Source: the human T2T-CHM13v2.0 reference genome, Homo sapiens. From it: a stretch of DNA of 64,000 nucleotides. Positions 52,781 to 64,000 of the stretch are shown here, one piece after another. The stretch is from NCBI RefSeq assembly GCF_009914755.1, contig NC_060947.1; one strand, given 5' to 3'. The position numbers and the translations under genes were made by a program. The first letter of the stretch is position 1; every line of letters begins with the position of its first letter. The notes under the pieces were generated by a model. It saw only the letters and a list, made by a program, of their open reading frames with translations. It was not told the DNA's origin and searched no databases.

Positions 52781-55700
52781 TGAATTGAATACAAACATCA
52801 CAAAGAATGTTCTGAGTTTGCTTCCGTTCAGTTATGGGAAGTTGATCCCGTTTCCAACGAAATCCTCAGAGAGGTCCAAATATCCCCTCGCAGATTCTAC
52901 AAAACGTGTGTTTGGAAACTGCTCCATCATAACGAATGTTCAGCTCCCTGAGTTAAACTCCATCGTCACAAAGAATTTTCTGAGAGTGCTACCGTCTGGT
53001 TTTTATATGAAGTTCTTTCCTTCACTACCACAGGCCTCAAAGCGGTCCAAATCTCCACTTGCAGATTCTACAAAAAGAGTGTTTGCAAACTGCTCTATCA
53101 AAAGGAATGTTCAACTCTGGGAGTTGAATGCAATCATCACAGAGCAGTTTCTGAGAATGCTTCTATGTCGTTTTTAGGAGAAGATATTTCCTTTTCCAAC
53201 ACAGTCCTCCAAGCCCGCTAAATAGCCACTTGCACATTGTAGAAAAAGTGTGTCAAAGCTGCGCTATCAAAGGGAAAGTTCAACTCTGTGAGGTGAATGC
53301 AAACATCCCAAAGAAGTTTCTGAGAATGCTTCCGTTTAGCTTTTAGGTGAAGATTATCCCGTTTCCAACGAAACCTTCAAAGAGGTCCAAATATCCCCTT
53401 GCGGATCCCACAGAAAGAGTGTTTCGAAACTGCTGTTTCAAAAGGAATCTTCAACTCTGTGAGTTGAATGCAATCATCACAAAGAAGTTTCTGACAATGC
53501 TTCTCTCTCGTCTTTCTGTGAAGATAAAGGAAAAGGCTTTCAGGCCTTTTCCACCACAGGCCTGAAAGCGCTCCAAATGTCCACTTGCAGATTCTGCGAA
53601 AAGAATATTTCAAAACTGCTCTATGAAAAGCAATGTTAAACTCTGTGGCTCGAACACAAACATCACAAAGCAGTTTCTGAGAATGCTTCAGTTTAGTTTT
53701 TCTGTGGAAATATTCCCGTTTCCAAAGAAATCTTCAAAGAGGTCCACGTATCCACTTACAGATTCTACAAAAAGACAGTTTCAAAACTGCTCCATCAAAA
53801 GGAGGGTTCAACTGTGTGACTTGAATGCAATCATCACTCAGAAGTTTCTGAGAATGCTTCTCTTTAGTTTTTACGTGAACATATACCCGTTTCGAACGAA
53901 GGCCACCCAGTGGTCCAAATATCCACTTGCAGATTCTACAGAAAGAGTGTTTCGAACCTGAACTCCCAAAGGCAGGTTCATCTCTGCGAGTTAAATGCAT
54001 TCATCATGAAGAACTTTCTCAGAGTGTTTGTGTTTAGTTATGGGAAATTATTCCCGTTTCCAAAGAAATCCTCAGAGAGCTCCAAATATCCACCTGCAGA
54101 TTCTACCAAAAGTGTATTTGGAAACTGCTCCATCAAAAGGCATGTTCAGCTCTGTGAGTGAAACTCCATCATCACAAAGAATATTCTGAGAATGCTTCCG
54201 TTTGCCTTTTATCTGAAGTTCCTTCCTATACGACCGTAGGCCTCAAAGCAGTCCAAATCTCCATTTGCAGATTCTACAAAAAGAGTGATTCCAATCTGCT
54301 CTATCAATAGTATTGTTCAACTCCATGAGTTGAATGCCATCCTCACAAAGTCGTTTCTGAGAATGCTTCTATCTGGTTTTTATGTGAAGATATTTCCTTT
54401 TCCACCACAGGCCTCAAAGCCCTCCAAACGTCCACTTGCAGATTCTCGAAAAAGAGTGTTTCATAGCTGCTCTTTCAAAAGGAAAGTTCAACTCTGGGAG
54501 TTGAATACAAACATCACAAAGTAGTTTCCGAGAATGCTTCTGTTTAGTTTTTATGTGAAGATGATCCCGTTTCCAGTGAAATCTTCAAAGAGGTCCACAT
54601 ATCCCCTTGCAGATTCCAAAGAAAGAGGGTTTCAAAACTGCTCCATCAGAAGGATTGTTCAACTCTGTGAGTTGAATGCAGTCATCGCAGAAAACTTTCT
54701 GAGAATGCTTCTGTCTAGGTTTGATGTGAAGATATAGACGTTTCAAACGAAGGCTACAAAGTGGTCAAAATATACACTTGCAGATTCTACTACAAGGGTG
54801 TTGCAAACCTGAACTATCAAAGGAAGGTTCAACTCTGTGAGTTGAATACAAACATCACAAAGAATGTTCTGAGTTTGCTTCCGTTCAGTTATGGGAAGTT
54901 GATCCCGTTTCCAACGAAATCCTCAGAGAGGTCCAAATATCCCCTTGCAGATTCTACAAAACGTGTGTTTGGAAACTGCTCCATCATAACGAATGTTCAG
55001 CTCCCTGAGTTAAACTCCATCGTCACAAAGAATTTTCTGAGAGTGCTACCGTCTGGTTTTTATATGAAGTTCTTTCCTTCACTACCACAGGCCTCAAAGC
55101 GGTCCAAATCTCCACTTGCAGATTCTACAAAAAGAGTGTTTGCAAACTGCTCTATCAAAAGGAATGTTCAACTCTGGGAGTTGAATGCAATCATCACAGA
55201 GCAGTTTCTGAGAATGCTTCTATGTCGTTTTTAGGAGAAGATATTTCCTTTTCCAACACAGTCCTCCAAGCCCGCTAAATAGCCACTTGCACATTGTAGA
55301 AAAAGTGTGTCAAAGCTGCGCTATCAAAGGGAAAGTTCAACTCTGTGAGGTGAATGCAAACATCCCAAAGAAGTTTCTGAGAATGCTTCCGTTTAGCTTT
55401 TAGGTGAAGATTATCCCGTTTCCAACGAAACCTTCAAAGAGGTCCAAATATCCCCTTGCGGATCCCACAGAAAGAGTGTTTCGAAACTGCTGTTTCAAAA
55501 GGAATCTTCAACTCTGTGAGTTGAATGCAATCATCACAAAGAAGTTTCTGACAATGCTTCTCTCTCGTCTTTCTGTGAAGATAAAGGAAAAGGCTTTCAG
55601 GCCTTTGCCACCACAGGCCTGAAAGCGCTCCAAATGTCCACTTGCAGATTCTGCGAAAAGAATATTTCAAAACTGCTCTATGAAAAGCAATGTTAAACTC

Positions 55701-58700
55701 TGTGGCTGGAACACAAACATCACAAAGCGGTTTCTGAGAATGTTTCAGTTTAGTTTTTCTGTGGAAATATTCCCGTTTCCAAAGAAATCTTCAAAGAGGT
55801 CCACGTATCCACTTACAGATTCTACAAAAAGACAGTTTCAAAACTGCTCCATCAAAAGGAGGGTTCAACTGTGTGACTTGAATGCAATCATCACTCAGAA
55901 GTTTCTGAGAATGCTTCTCTTTAGTTTTTACGTGAACATATACCCGTTTCGAACGAAGGCCACCCAGTGGTCCAAATATCCACTTGCAGATTCTACAGAA
56001 AGAGTGTTTCGAACCTGAACTCTCAAAGGCAGGTTCATCTCTGCAAGTTAAATGCATTCATCATGAAGAACTTTCTCAGAGTGTTTGTGTTTAGTTATGG
56101 GAAATTATTCCCGTTTCCAACGAAATCCTCAGAGAGCTCCAAATATCCACCTGCAGATTCTACCAAAAGTGTATTTGGAAACTGCTCCATCAAAAGGCAT
56201 GTTCAGCTCTGTGAGTGAAACTCCATCATCACAAAGAATATTCTGAGAATGCTTCCGTTTGCCTTTTATATGAAGTTCCTTCCTATACGACCGTAGGCCT
56301 CAAAGCAGTCCAAATCTCCATTTGCAGATTCTACAAAAAGAGTGATTCCAATCTGCTCTATCAATAGGATTGTTCAACTCCATGAGTTGAATGCCATCCT
56401 CACAAAGTAGTTTCTGAGAATGCTTCTATCTAGTTTTATGTGAAGATATTTCCTTTTCCACCACAGGCCTCAAAGCCCTCCAAACGTCCACTTGCAGATT
56501 CTCGAAAAAGAGTGTTTCATAGCTGCTCTTTCAAAAGGAAAGTTCAACTCTGGGAGTTGAATACAAACATCACAAAGTAGTTTCCGAGAATGCTTCTGTT
56601 TAGTTTTTATGTGAAGATGATCCCGTTTCCAGTGAAATCTTCAAAGAGGTCCACATATCCCCTTGCAGATTCCAAAGAAAGAGGGTTTCAAAACTGCTCC
56701 ATCAGAAGGATTGTTCAACTCTGTGAGTTGAATGCAGTCATCGCAGAAAACTTTCTGAGAATGCTTCTGTCTAGGTTTGATGTGAAGATATAGACGTTTC
56801 AAACGAAGGCTACAAAGTGGTCAAAATATACACTTGCAGATTCTACTACAAGGGTGTTGCAAACCTGAACTATCAAAGGAAGGTTCAACTCTGTGAGTTG
56901 AATACAAACATCACAAAGAATGTTCTGAGTTTGCTTCCGTTCAGTTATGGGAAGTTGATCCCGTTTCCAACGAAATCCTCAGAGAGGTCCAAATATCCCC
57001 TTGCAGATTCTACAAAACGTGTGTTTGGAAACTGCTCCATCATAACGAATGTTCAGCTCCCTGAGTTAAACTCCATCGTCACAAAGAATTTTCTGAGAGT
57101 GCTACCGTCTGGTTTTTATATGAAGTTCTTTCCTTCACTACCACTGGCCTCAAAGCGGTCCAAATCTCCACTTGCAGATTCTACAAAAAGAGTGTTTGCA
57201 AACTGCTCTATCAAAAGGAATGTTCAACTCTGGGAGTTGAATGCAATCATCACAGAGCAGTTTCTGAGAATGCTTCTATGTAGTTTTTAGGAGAAGATAT
57301 TTCCTTTTCCAACACAGTCCTCCAAGCCCGCTAAATAGCCACTTGCACATTGTAGAAAAAGTGTGTCAAAGCTGCGCTATCAAAGGGAAAGTTCAACTCT
57401 GTGAGGTGAATGCAAACATCCCAAAGAAGTTTCTGAGAATGCTTCCGTTTAGCTTTTAGGTGAAGATTATCCCGTTTCCAACGAAACCTTCAAAGAGGTC
57501 CAAATATCCCCTTGCGGATCCCACAGAAAGAGTGTTTCGAAACTGCTGTTTCAAAAGGAATCTTCAACTCTGTGAGTTGAATGCAATCATCACAAAGAAG
57601 TTTCTGACAATGCTTCTCTCTCGTCTTTCTGTGAAGATAAAGGAAAAGGCTTTCAGGCCTTTTCCACCACAGGCCTGAAAGCGCTCCAAATGTCCACTTG
57701 CAGATTCTGCCAAAAGAATATTTCAAAACTGCTCTATGAAAAGCAATGTTAAACTCTGTGGCTGGAACACAAACATCACAAAGTGGTTTCTGAGAATGTT
57801 TCAGTTTAGTTTTTCTGTGGAAATATTCCCGTTTCCAAAGAAATCTTCAAAGAGGTCCACGTATCCACTTACAGATTCTACAAAAAGACAGTTTCAAAAC
57901 TGCTCCATCAAAAGGAGGGTTCAACTGTGTGACTTGAATGCAATCATCACTCAGAAGTTTCTGAGAATGCTTCTCTTTAGTTTTTACGTGAACATATACC
58001 CGTTTCGAACGAAGGCCACCCAGTGGTCCAAATATCCACTTGCAGATTCTACAGAAAGAGTGTTTCGAACCTGAACTCTCAAAGGCAGGTTCATCTCTGC
58101 GAGTTAAATGCATTCATCATGAAGAACTTTCTCAGAGTGTTTGTGTTTAGTTATGGGAAATTATTCCCGTTTCCAACGAAATCCTCAGAGAGCTCCAAAT
58201 ATCCACCTGCAGATTCTACCAAAAGTGTATTTGGAAACTGCTCCATCAAAAGGCATGTTCAGCTCTGTGAGTGAAACTCCATCATCACAACGAATATTCT
58301 GAGAATGCTTCCGTTTACCTTTTATATGAAGTTCCTTCCTATACGACCGTAGGCCTCAAAGGAGTCCAAATCTCCATTTGCAGATTCTACAAAAAGAGTG
58401 ATTCCAATCTGCTCTATCAATAGGATTGTTCAACTCCATGAGTTGAATGCCATCCTCACAAAGTAGTTTCTGAGAATGCTTCTATCTAGTTTTTATGTGA
58501 AGATATTTCCTTTTCCACCACAGGCCTCAAAGCCCTCCAAACGTCCACTTGCAGATTCTCGAAAAAGAGTGTTTCATAGCTGCTCTTTCAAAAGGAAAGT
58601 TCAACTCTGGGAGTTGAATACAAACATCACAAAGTAGTTTCCGAGAATGCTTCTGTTTAGTTTTTATGTGAAGATGATCCCGTTTCCAGTGAAATCTTCA

Positions 58701-61700
58701 AAGAGGTCCACATATCCCCTTGCAGATTCCAAAGAAAGAGGGTTTCAAAACTGCTCCATCAAAAGGATTGTTCAACTCTGTGAGTTGAATGCAGTCATCG
58801 CAGAAAACTTTCTGAGAATGCTTCTGTCTAGGTTTGATGTGAAGATATAGACGTTTCAAATGAAGGCTACAAAGTGGTCAAAATATACACTTGCAGATTC
58901 TACTACAAGGGTGTTGCAAACCTGAACTATCAAAGGAAGGTTCAACTCTGTGAGTTGAATACAAACATCACAAAGAATGTTCTGAGTTTGCTTCCGTTCA
59001 GTTATGGGAAGTTGATCCCGTTTCCAACGAAATCCTCAGAGAGGTCCAAATATCCCCTTGCAGATTCTACAAAACGTGTGTTTGGAAACTGCTCCATCAT
59101 AACGAATGTTCAGCTCCCTGAGTTAAACTCCATCGTCACAAAGAATTTTCTGAGAGTGCTACCGTCTGGTTTTTATATGAAGTTCTTTCCTTCACTACCA
59201 CAGGCCTCAAAGCGGTCCAAATCTCCACTTGCAGATTCTACAAAAAGAGTGTTTGCAAACTGCTCTATCAAAAGGAATGTTCAACTCTGGGAGTTGAATG
59301 CAATCATCACAGAGCAGTTTCTGAGAATGCTTCTATGTCGTTTTTAGAAGATATTTCCTTTTCCAACACAGTCCTCCAAGCCCGCTAAATAGCCACTTGC
59401 ACATTGTAGAAAAAGTGTGTCAAAGCTGCGCTATCAAAGGGAAAGTTCAACTCTGTGAGGTGAATGCAAACATCCCAAAGAAGTTTCTGAGAATGCTTCC
59501 GTTTAGCTTTTAGGTGAAGATTATCCCGTTTCCAACGAAACCTTCAAAGAGGTCCAAATATCCCCTTGCGGATCCCACAGAAAGAGTGTTTCGAAACTGC
59601 TGTTTCAAAAGGAATCTTCAACTCTGTGAGTTGAATGCAATCATCACAAAGAAGTTTCTGACAATGCTTCTCTCTCGTCTTTCTGTGAAGATAAAGGAAA
59701 AGGCTTTCAGGCCTTTGCCACCACAGGCCTGAAAGCGCTCCAAATGTCCACTTGCAGATTCTGCGAAAAGAATATTTCAAAACTGCTCTATGAAAAGCAA
59801 TGTTAAACTCTGTGGCTCGAACACAAACATCACAAAGCGGTTTCTGAGAATGTTTCAGTTTAGTTTTTCTGTGGAAATATTCCCGTTTCCAAAGAAATCT
59901 TCAAAGAGGTCCACGTATCCACTTACAGATTCTACAAAAAGACAGTTTCAAAACTGCTCCATCAAAAGGAGGGTTCAACTGTGTGACTTGAATGCAATCA
60001 TCACTCAGAAGTTTCTGAGAATGCTTCTCTTTAGTTTTTACGTGAACATATACCCGTTTGGAACGAAGGCCAGCCAGTGGTCCAAATATCCACTTGCAGA
60101 TTCTACAGAAAGAGTGTTTCGAACCTGAACTCTCAAAGGCAGGTTCATCTCTGCGAGTTGAATGCATTCATCATGAAGAACTTTCTCAGAGTGTTTGTGT
60201 TTAGTTATGGGAAATTATTCCCGTTTCCAACGAAATCCTCAGAGAGCTCCAAATATCCACCTGCAGATTCTACCAAAAGTGTATTTGGAAACTGCTCCAT
60301 CGAAAGGCATGTTCAGCTCTGTGAGTGAAACTCCATCATCACAAAGAATATTCTGAGAATGCTTCCGTTTGCCTTTTATATGAAGTTCCTTCCTATACGA
60401 CCGTAGGCCTCAAAGCAGTCCAAATCTCCATTTGCAGATTCTACAAAAAGAGTGATTCCAATCTGCTCTATCAATAGGATTGTTCAACTCCATGAGTTGA
60501 ATGCCATCCTCACAAAGTAGTTTCTGAGAATGATTCTATCTGGTTTTTGTGTGAAGATATTTCCTTTTCCACCACAGGCCTCAAAGCCCTCCAAACGTCC
60601 ACTTGCAGATTCTCGAAAAAGAGTGTTTCATAGCTGCTCTTTCAAAAGGAAAGTTCAACTCTGGGAGTTGAATACAAACATCACAAAATAGTTTCCGAGA
60701 ATGCTTCTGTTTAGTTCTTATGTGAAGATGATCCCGTTTCCAGTGAAATCTTCAAAGAGGTCCACATATCCCCTTGCAGATTCCAAAGAAAGAGGGTTTC
60801 AAAACTGCTCCATCAAAAGGATTGTTCAACTCTGTGAGTTGAATGCAGTCATCGCAGAAAACTTTCTGAGAATGCTTCTGTCTAGGTTTGATGTGAAGAT
60901 ATAGACGTTTCAAACGAAGGCTACAAAGTGGTCAAAATATACACTTGCAGATTCTACTACAAGGGTGTTGCAAACCTGAACTATCAAAGGAAGGTTCAAC
61001 TCTGTGGGTTGAATACAAACATCACAAAGAATGTTCTGAGTTTGCTTCCGTTCAGTTATGGGAAGTTGATCCCCTTCCCAACGAAATCCTCAGAGAGGTC
61101 CAAATATCCCCTTGCAGATTCTACAAAACGTGTGTTTGGAAACTGCTCCATCATAACGAATGTTCAGCTCTCTGAGTTAAACTCCATCGTCACAAAGAAT
61201 TTTCTGAGAGTGCTACCGTCTAGTTTTTATATGAAGTTCTTTCCTTTACTACCACAGGCCTCAAAGCGGTACAAATCTCCACTTGCAGATTCTACAAAAA
61301 GAGTGTCTGCAAACTGCTCTATCAAAAGGAATGTTCAACTCTGGGAGTTGAATGCAATCATCACAGAGCAGTTTCTGAGAAGGCTTCTATGTCGTTTTTA
61401 GGAGAAGATATTTCCTTTTCCAACACAGTCCTCCAAGCCCGCTAAATATCCACTTGCACATTGTAGAAAAAGTGTGTTGAAGCTGCGCTATCAAAGGGAA
61501 AGTTCAACTCTGTGAGGTGAATGCAAACATCCCAAAGAAGTTTCTGAGAATGCTTCCGTTTAGCTTTTAGGTGAAGATTATCCCGTTTCCAACGAAAGCT
61601 TCAAAGAGGTCCAAATATCCCCTTGCGGATCCCACAGAAAGAGTGTTTCGAAACTGCTGTTTCAAAAGGAATCTTCAACTCTGTGAGTTGAATGCAATCA

Positions 61701-64000
61701 TCACAAAGAAGTTTCTGACAATGCTTCTCTCTCGTCTTTCTGTGAAGATAAAGGAAAAGGCTTTCAGGTCTTTTCCACCACAGGCCTGAAAGCGCTCCAA
61801 ATGTCCACTTGCAGATTCTGCCAAAAGAATATTTCAAAACTGCTCTATGAAAAGCAATGTTAAACTCTGCGGCTCGAACACAAACATCACAAAGCAGTTT
61901 CTGAGAATGCTTCAGTTTAGTTTTTCTGTGGAAATATTCCCGTTTCCAAAGAAATCTTCAAAGAGGTCCACGTATCCACTTACAGATTCTACAAAAAGAC
62001 AGTTTCAAAACTGCTCCATCAAAAGGAGGGTTCAACTGTGTGACTTGAATGCAATCATCACTCAGAAGTTTCTGAGAATGCTTCTCTTTAGTTTTTACGT
62101 GAACATATACCCGTTTCGAACGAAGGCCACCCAGTGGTCCAAATATCCACTTGCAGATTCTACAGAAAGAGTGTTTCGAACCTGAACTCTCAAAGGCAGG
62201 TTCATCTCTGCGAGTTAAATGCATTCATCATGAAGAACTTTCTCAGAGTGTTTGTGTTTAGTTATGGGAAATTATTCCCGTTTCCAACGAAATCCTCAGA
62301 GAGCTCCAAATATCCACCTGCAGATTCTACCAAAAGTGTATTTGGAAACTGCTCCATCAAAAGGCATGTTCAGCTCTGTGAATGAAACTCCATCATCACA
62401 ACGAATATTCTGAGAATGCTTCCGTTTACCTTTTATATGAAGTTCCTTCCTATACGACCGTAGGCCTCAAAGGAGTCCAAATCTCCATTTGCAGATTCTA
62501 CAAAAAGAGTGATTCCAATCTGCTCTATCAATAGGATTGTTCAACTCCATGAGTTGAATGCCATCCTCACAAAGTAGTTTCTGAGAATGCTTCTATCTAG
62601 TTTTTATGTGAAGATATTTCCTTTTCCACCACAGGCCTCAAAGCCCTCCAAACGTCCACTTGCAGATTCTCGAAAAAGAGTGTTTCATAGCTGCTCTTTC
62701 AAAAGGAAAGTTCAACTCTGGGAGTTGAATACAAACATCACAAAGTAGTTTCCGAGAATGCTTCTGTTTAGTTTTTATGTGAAGATGATCCCGTTTCCAG
62801 TGAAATCTTCAAAGAGGTCCACATATCCCCTTGCAGATTCCAAAGAAAGAGGGTTTCAAAACTGCTCCATCAAAAGGATTGTTCAACTCTGTGAGTTGAA
62901 TGCAGTCATCGCAGAAAACTTTCTGAGAATGCTTCTGTCTAGGTTTGATGTGAAGATATAGACGTTTCAAATGAAGGCTACAAAGTGGTCAAAATATACA
63001 CTTGCAGATTCTACTACAAGGGTGTTGCAAACCTGAACTATCAAAGGAAGGTTCAACTCTGTGAGTTGAATACAAACATCACAAAGAATGTTCTGAGTTT
63101 GCTTCCGTTCAGTTATGGGAAGTTGATCCCGTTTCCAACGAAATCCTCAGAGAGGTCCAAATATCCCCTTGCAGATTCTACAAAACGTGTGTTTGGAAAC
63201 TGCTCCATCATAACGAATGTTCAGCTCCCTGAGTTAAACTCCATCGTCACAAAGAATTTTCTGAGAGTGCTACCGTCTGGTTTTTATATGAAGTTCTTTC
63301 CTTCACTACCACAGGCCTCAAAGCGGTCCAAATCTCCACTTGCAGATTCTACAAAAAGAGTGTTTGCAAACTGCTCTATCAAAAGGAATGTTCAACTCTG
63401 GGAGTTGAATGCAATCATCACAGAGCAGTTTCTGAGAATGCTTCTATGTCGTTTTTAGAAGATATTTCCTTTTCCAACACAGTCCTCCAAGCCCGCTAAA
63501 TAGCCACTTGCACATTGTAGAAAAAGTGTGTCAAAGCTGCGCTATCAAAGGGAAAGTTCAACTCTGTGAGGTGAATGCAAACATCCCAAAGAAGTTTCTG
63601 AGAATGCTTCCGTTTAGCTTTTAGGTGAAGATTATCCCGTTTCCAACGAAACCTTCAAAGAGGTCCAAATATCCCCTTGCGGATCCCACAGAAAGAGTGT
63701 TTCGAAACTGCTGTTTCAAAAGGAATCTTCAACTCTGTGAGTTGAATGCAATCATCACAAAGAAGTTTCTGACAATGCTTCTCTCTCGTCTTTCTGTGAA
63801 GATAAAGGAAAAGGCTTTCAGGCCTTTGCCACCACAGGCCTGAAAGCGCTCCAAATGTCCACTTGCAGATTCTGCGAAAAGAATATTTCAAAACTGCTCT
63901 ATGAAAAGCAATGTTAAACTCTGTGGCTCGAACACAAACATCACAAAGCGGTTTCTGAGAATGCTTCAGTTTAGTTTTTCTGTGGAAATATTCCCGTTTC

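Larger units (their letters stand above)
1..64000 (-). repeat. DXZ1: Alpha-satellite HOR array, 12-mer of ~2057 bp, most likely human chrX centromeric DXZ1 (SF3); ~31 copies, single orientation
   Basis: ~171-bp monomers carry alphoid motifs (GTTTCTGAGAATGCTTC, CCACTTGCAGATTCTAC, GTTCAACTCTGTGAGTTGAATGCA). The marker ATGAAAAGCAATG recurs at 162, 2219, 4275, 6332 ... 61847, 63901 with spacing 2054-2057. GGATCC occurs once per unit. A 12-mer, 2.0-kb BamHI unit of pentameric origin is the established description of DXZ1. Strand '-' means the CENP-B box consensus reads on the minus strand. Confidence 0.96.

Noticed and set aside
60945-61175. Unique 76-aa ORF present only once
   Set aside because: It results from a single A>G at ~61007 that removes a TGA in the divergent HOR U30, so it is incidental.
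162-63891. Recurring 67-157 aa ORFs on both strands (e.g. MKSNVKLC..., MVKIYTCRF...)
   Set aside because: They are translations of alpha-satellite monomers with an internal ~57-aa periodicity (171/3). They are repeated with every HOR, many start at GTG, several are freely broken by indels or stops, and none has a recognisable domain or gene structure.
1-64000. CRISPR-like array or other prokaryotic repeat-spacer system
   Set aside because: Sequence between the conserved motifs is homologous monomer sequence repeated every 2057 bp rather than unique spacers, and there are no cas-like ORFs.
1-64000. L1/Alu insertion, inversion or truncated HOR structural variant
   Set aside because: Marker spacing stays at 2054-2057 bp throughout, orientation is constant, and no poly-A tail, target-site duplication or non-alphoid sequence is visible.

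Overview
The whole 64 kb is one uninterrupted primate alpha-satellite higher-order repeat (HOR) array. It holds about 31 head-to-tail copies of a 2054-2057 bp, 12-monomer unit with a single BamHI site per unit and a pentamer-derived 5+5+2 layout (suprachromosomal family 3). These are the established hallmarks of human X-centromere DXZ1. I found no genes, RNA genes, transposons or inversions, and the listed ORFs are artefacts of the repeat. I did not find a new protein-coding system. The non-obvious information lies in the variants between HOR copies, which I label U1..U31 by the marker ATGAAAAGCAATG at 162, 2219, 4275 ... 61847, with a partial U32 at 63901. The variants show nested duplications with periods of 1, 2, 3, 4 and about 6 HORs, some with breakpoints mappable to about 100-230 bp. 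They also show one strongly divergent HOR copy, a clustered-mutation tract, patterned loss of CENP-B boxes, and an inverted-repeat insertion in the 186-bp monomer that offers two alternative hairpins, one of them altered by a SNP. All variant calls were read by eye and need confirmation by alignment.
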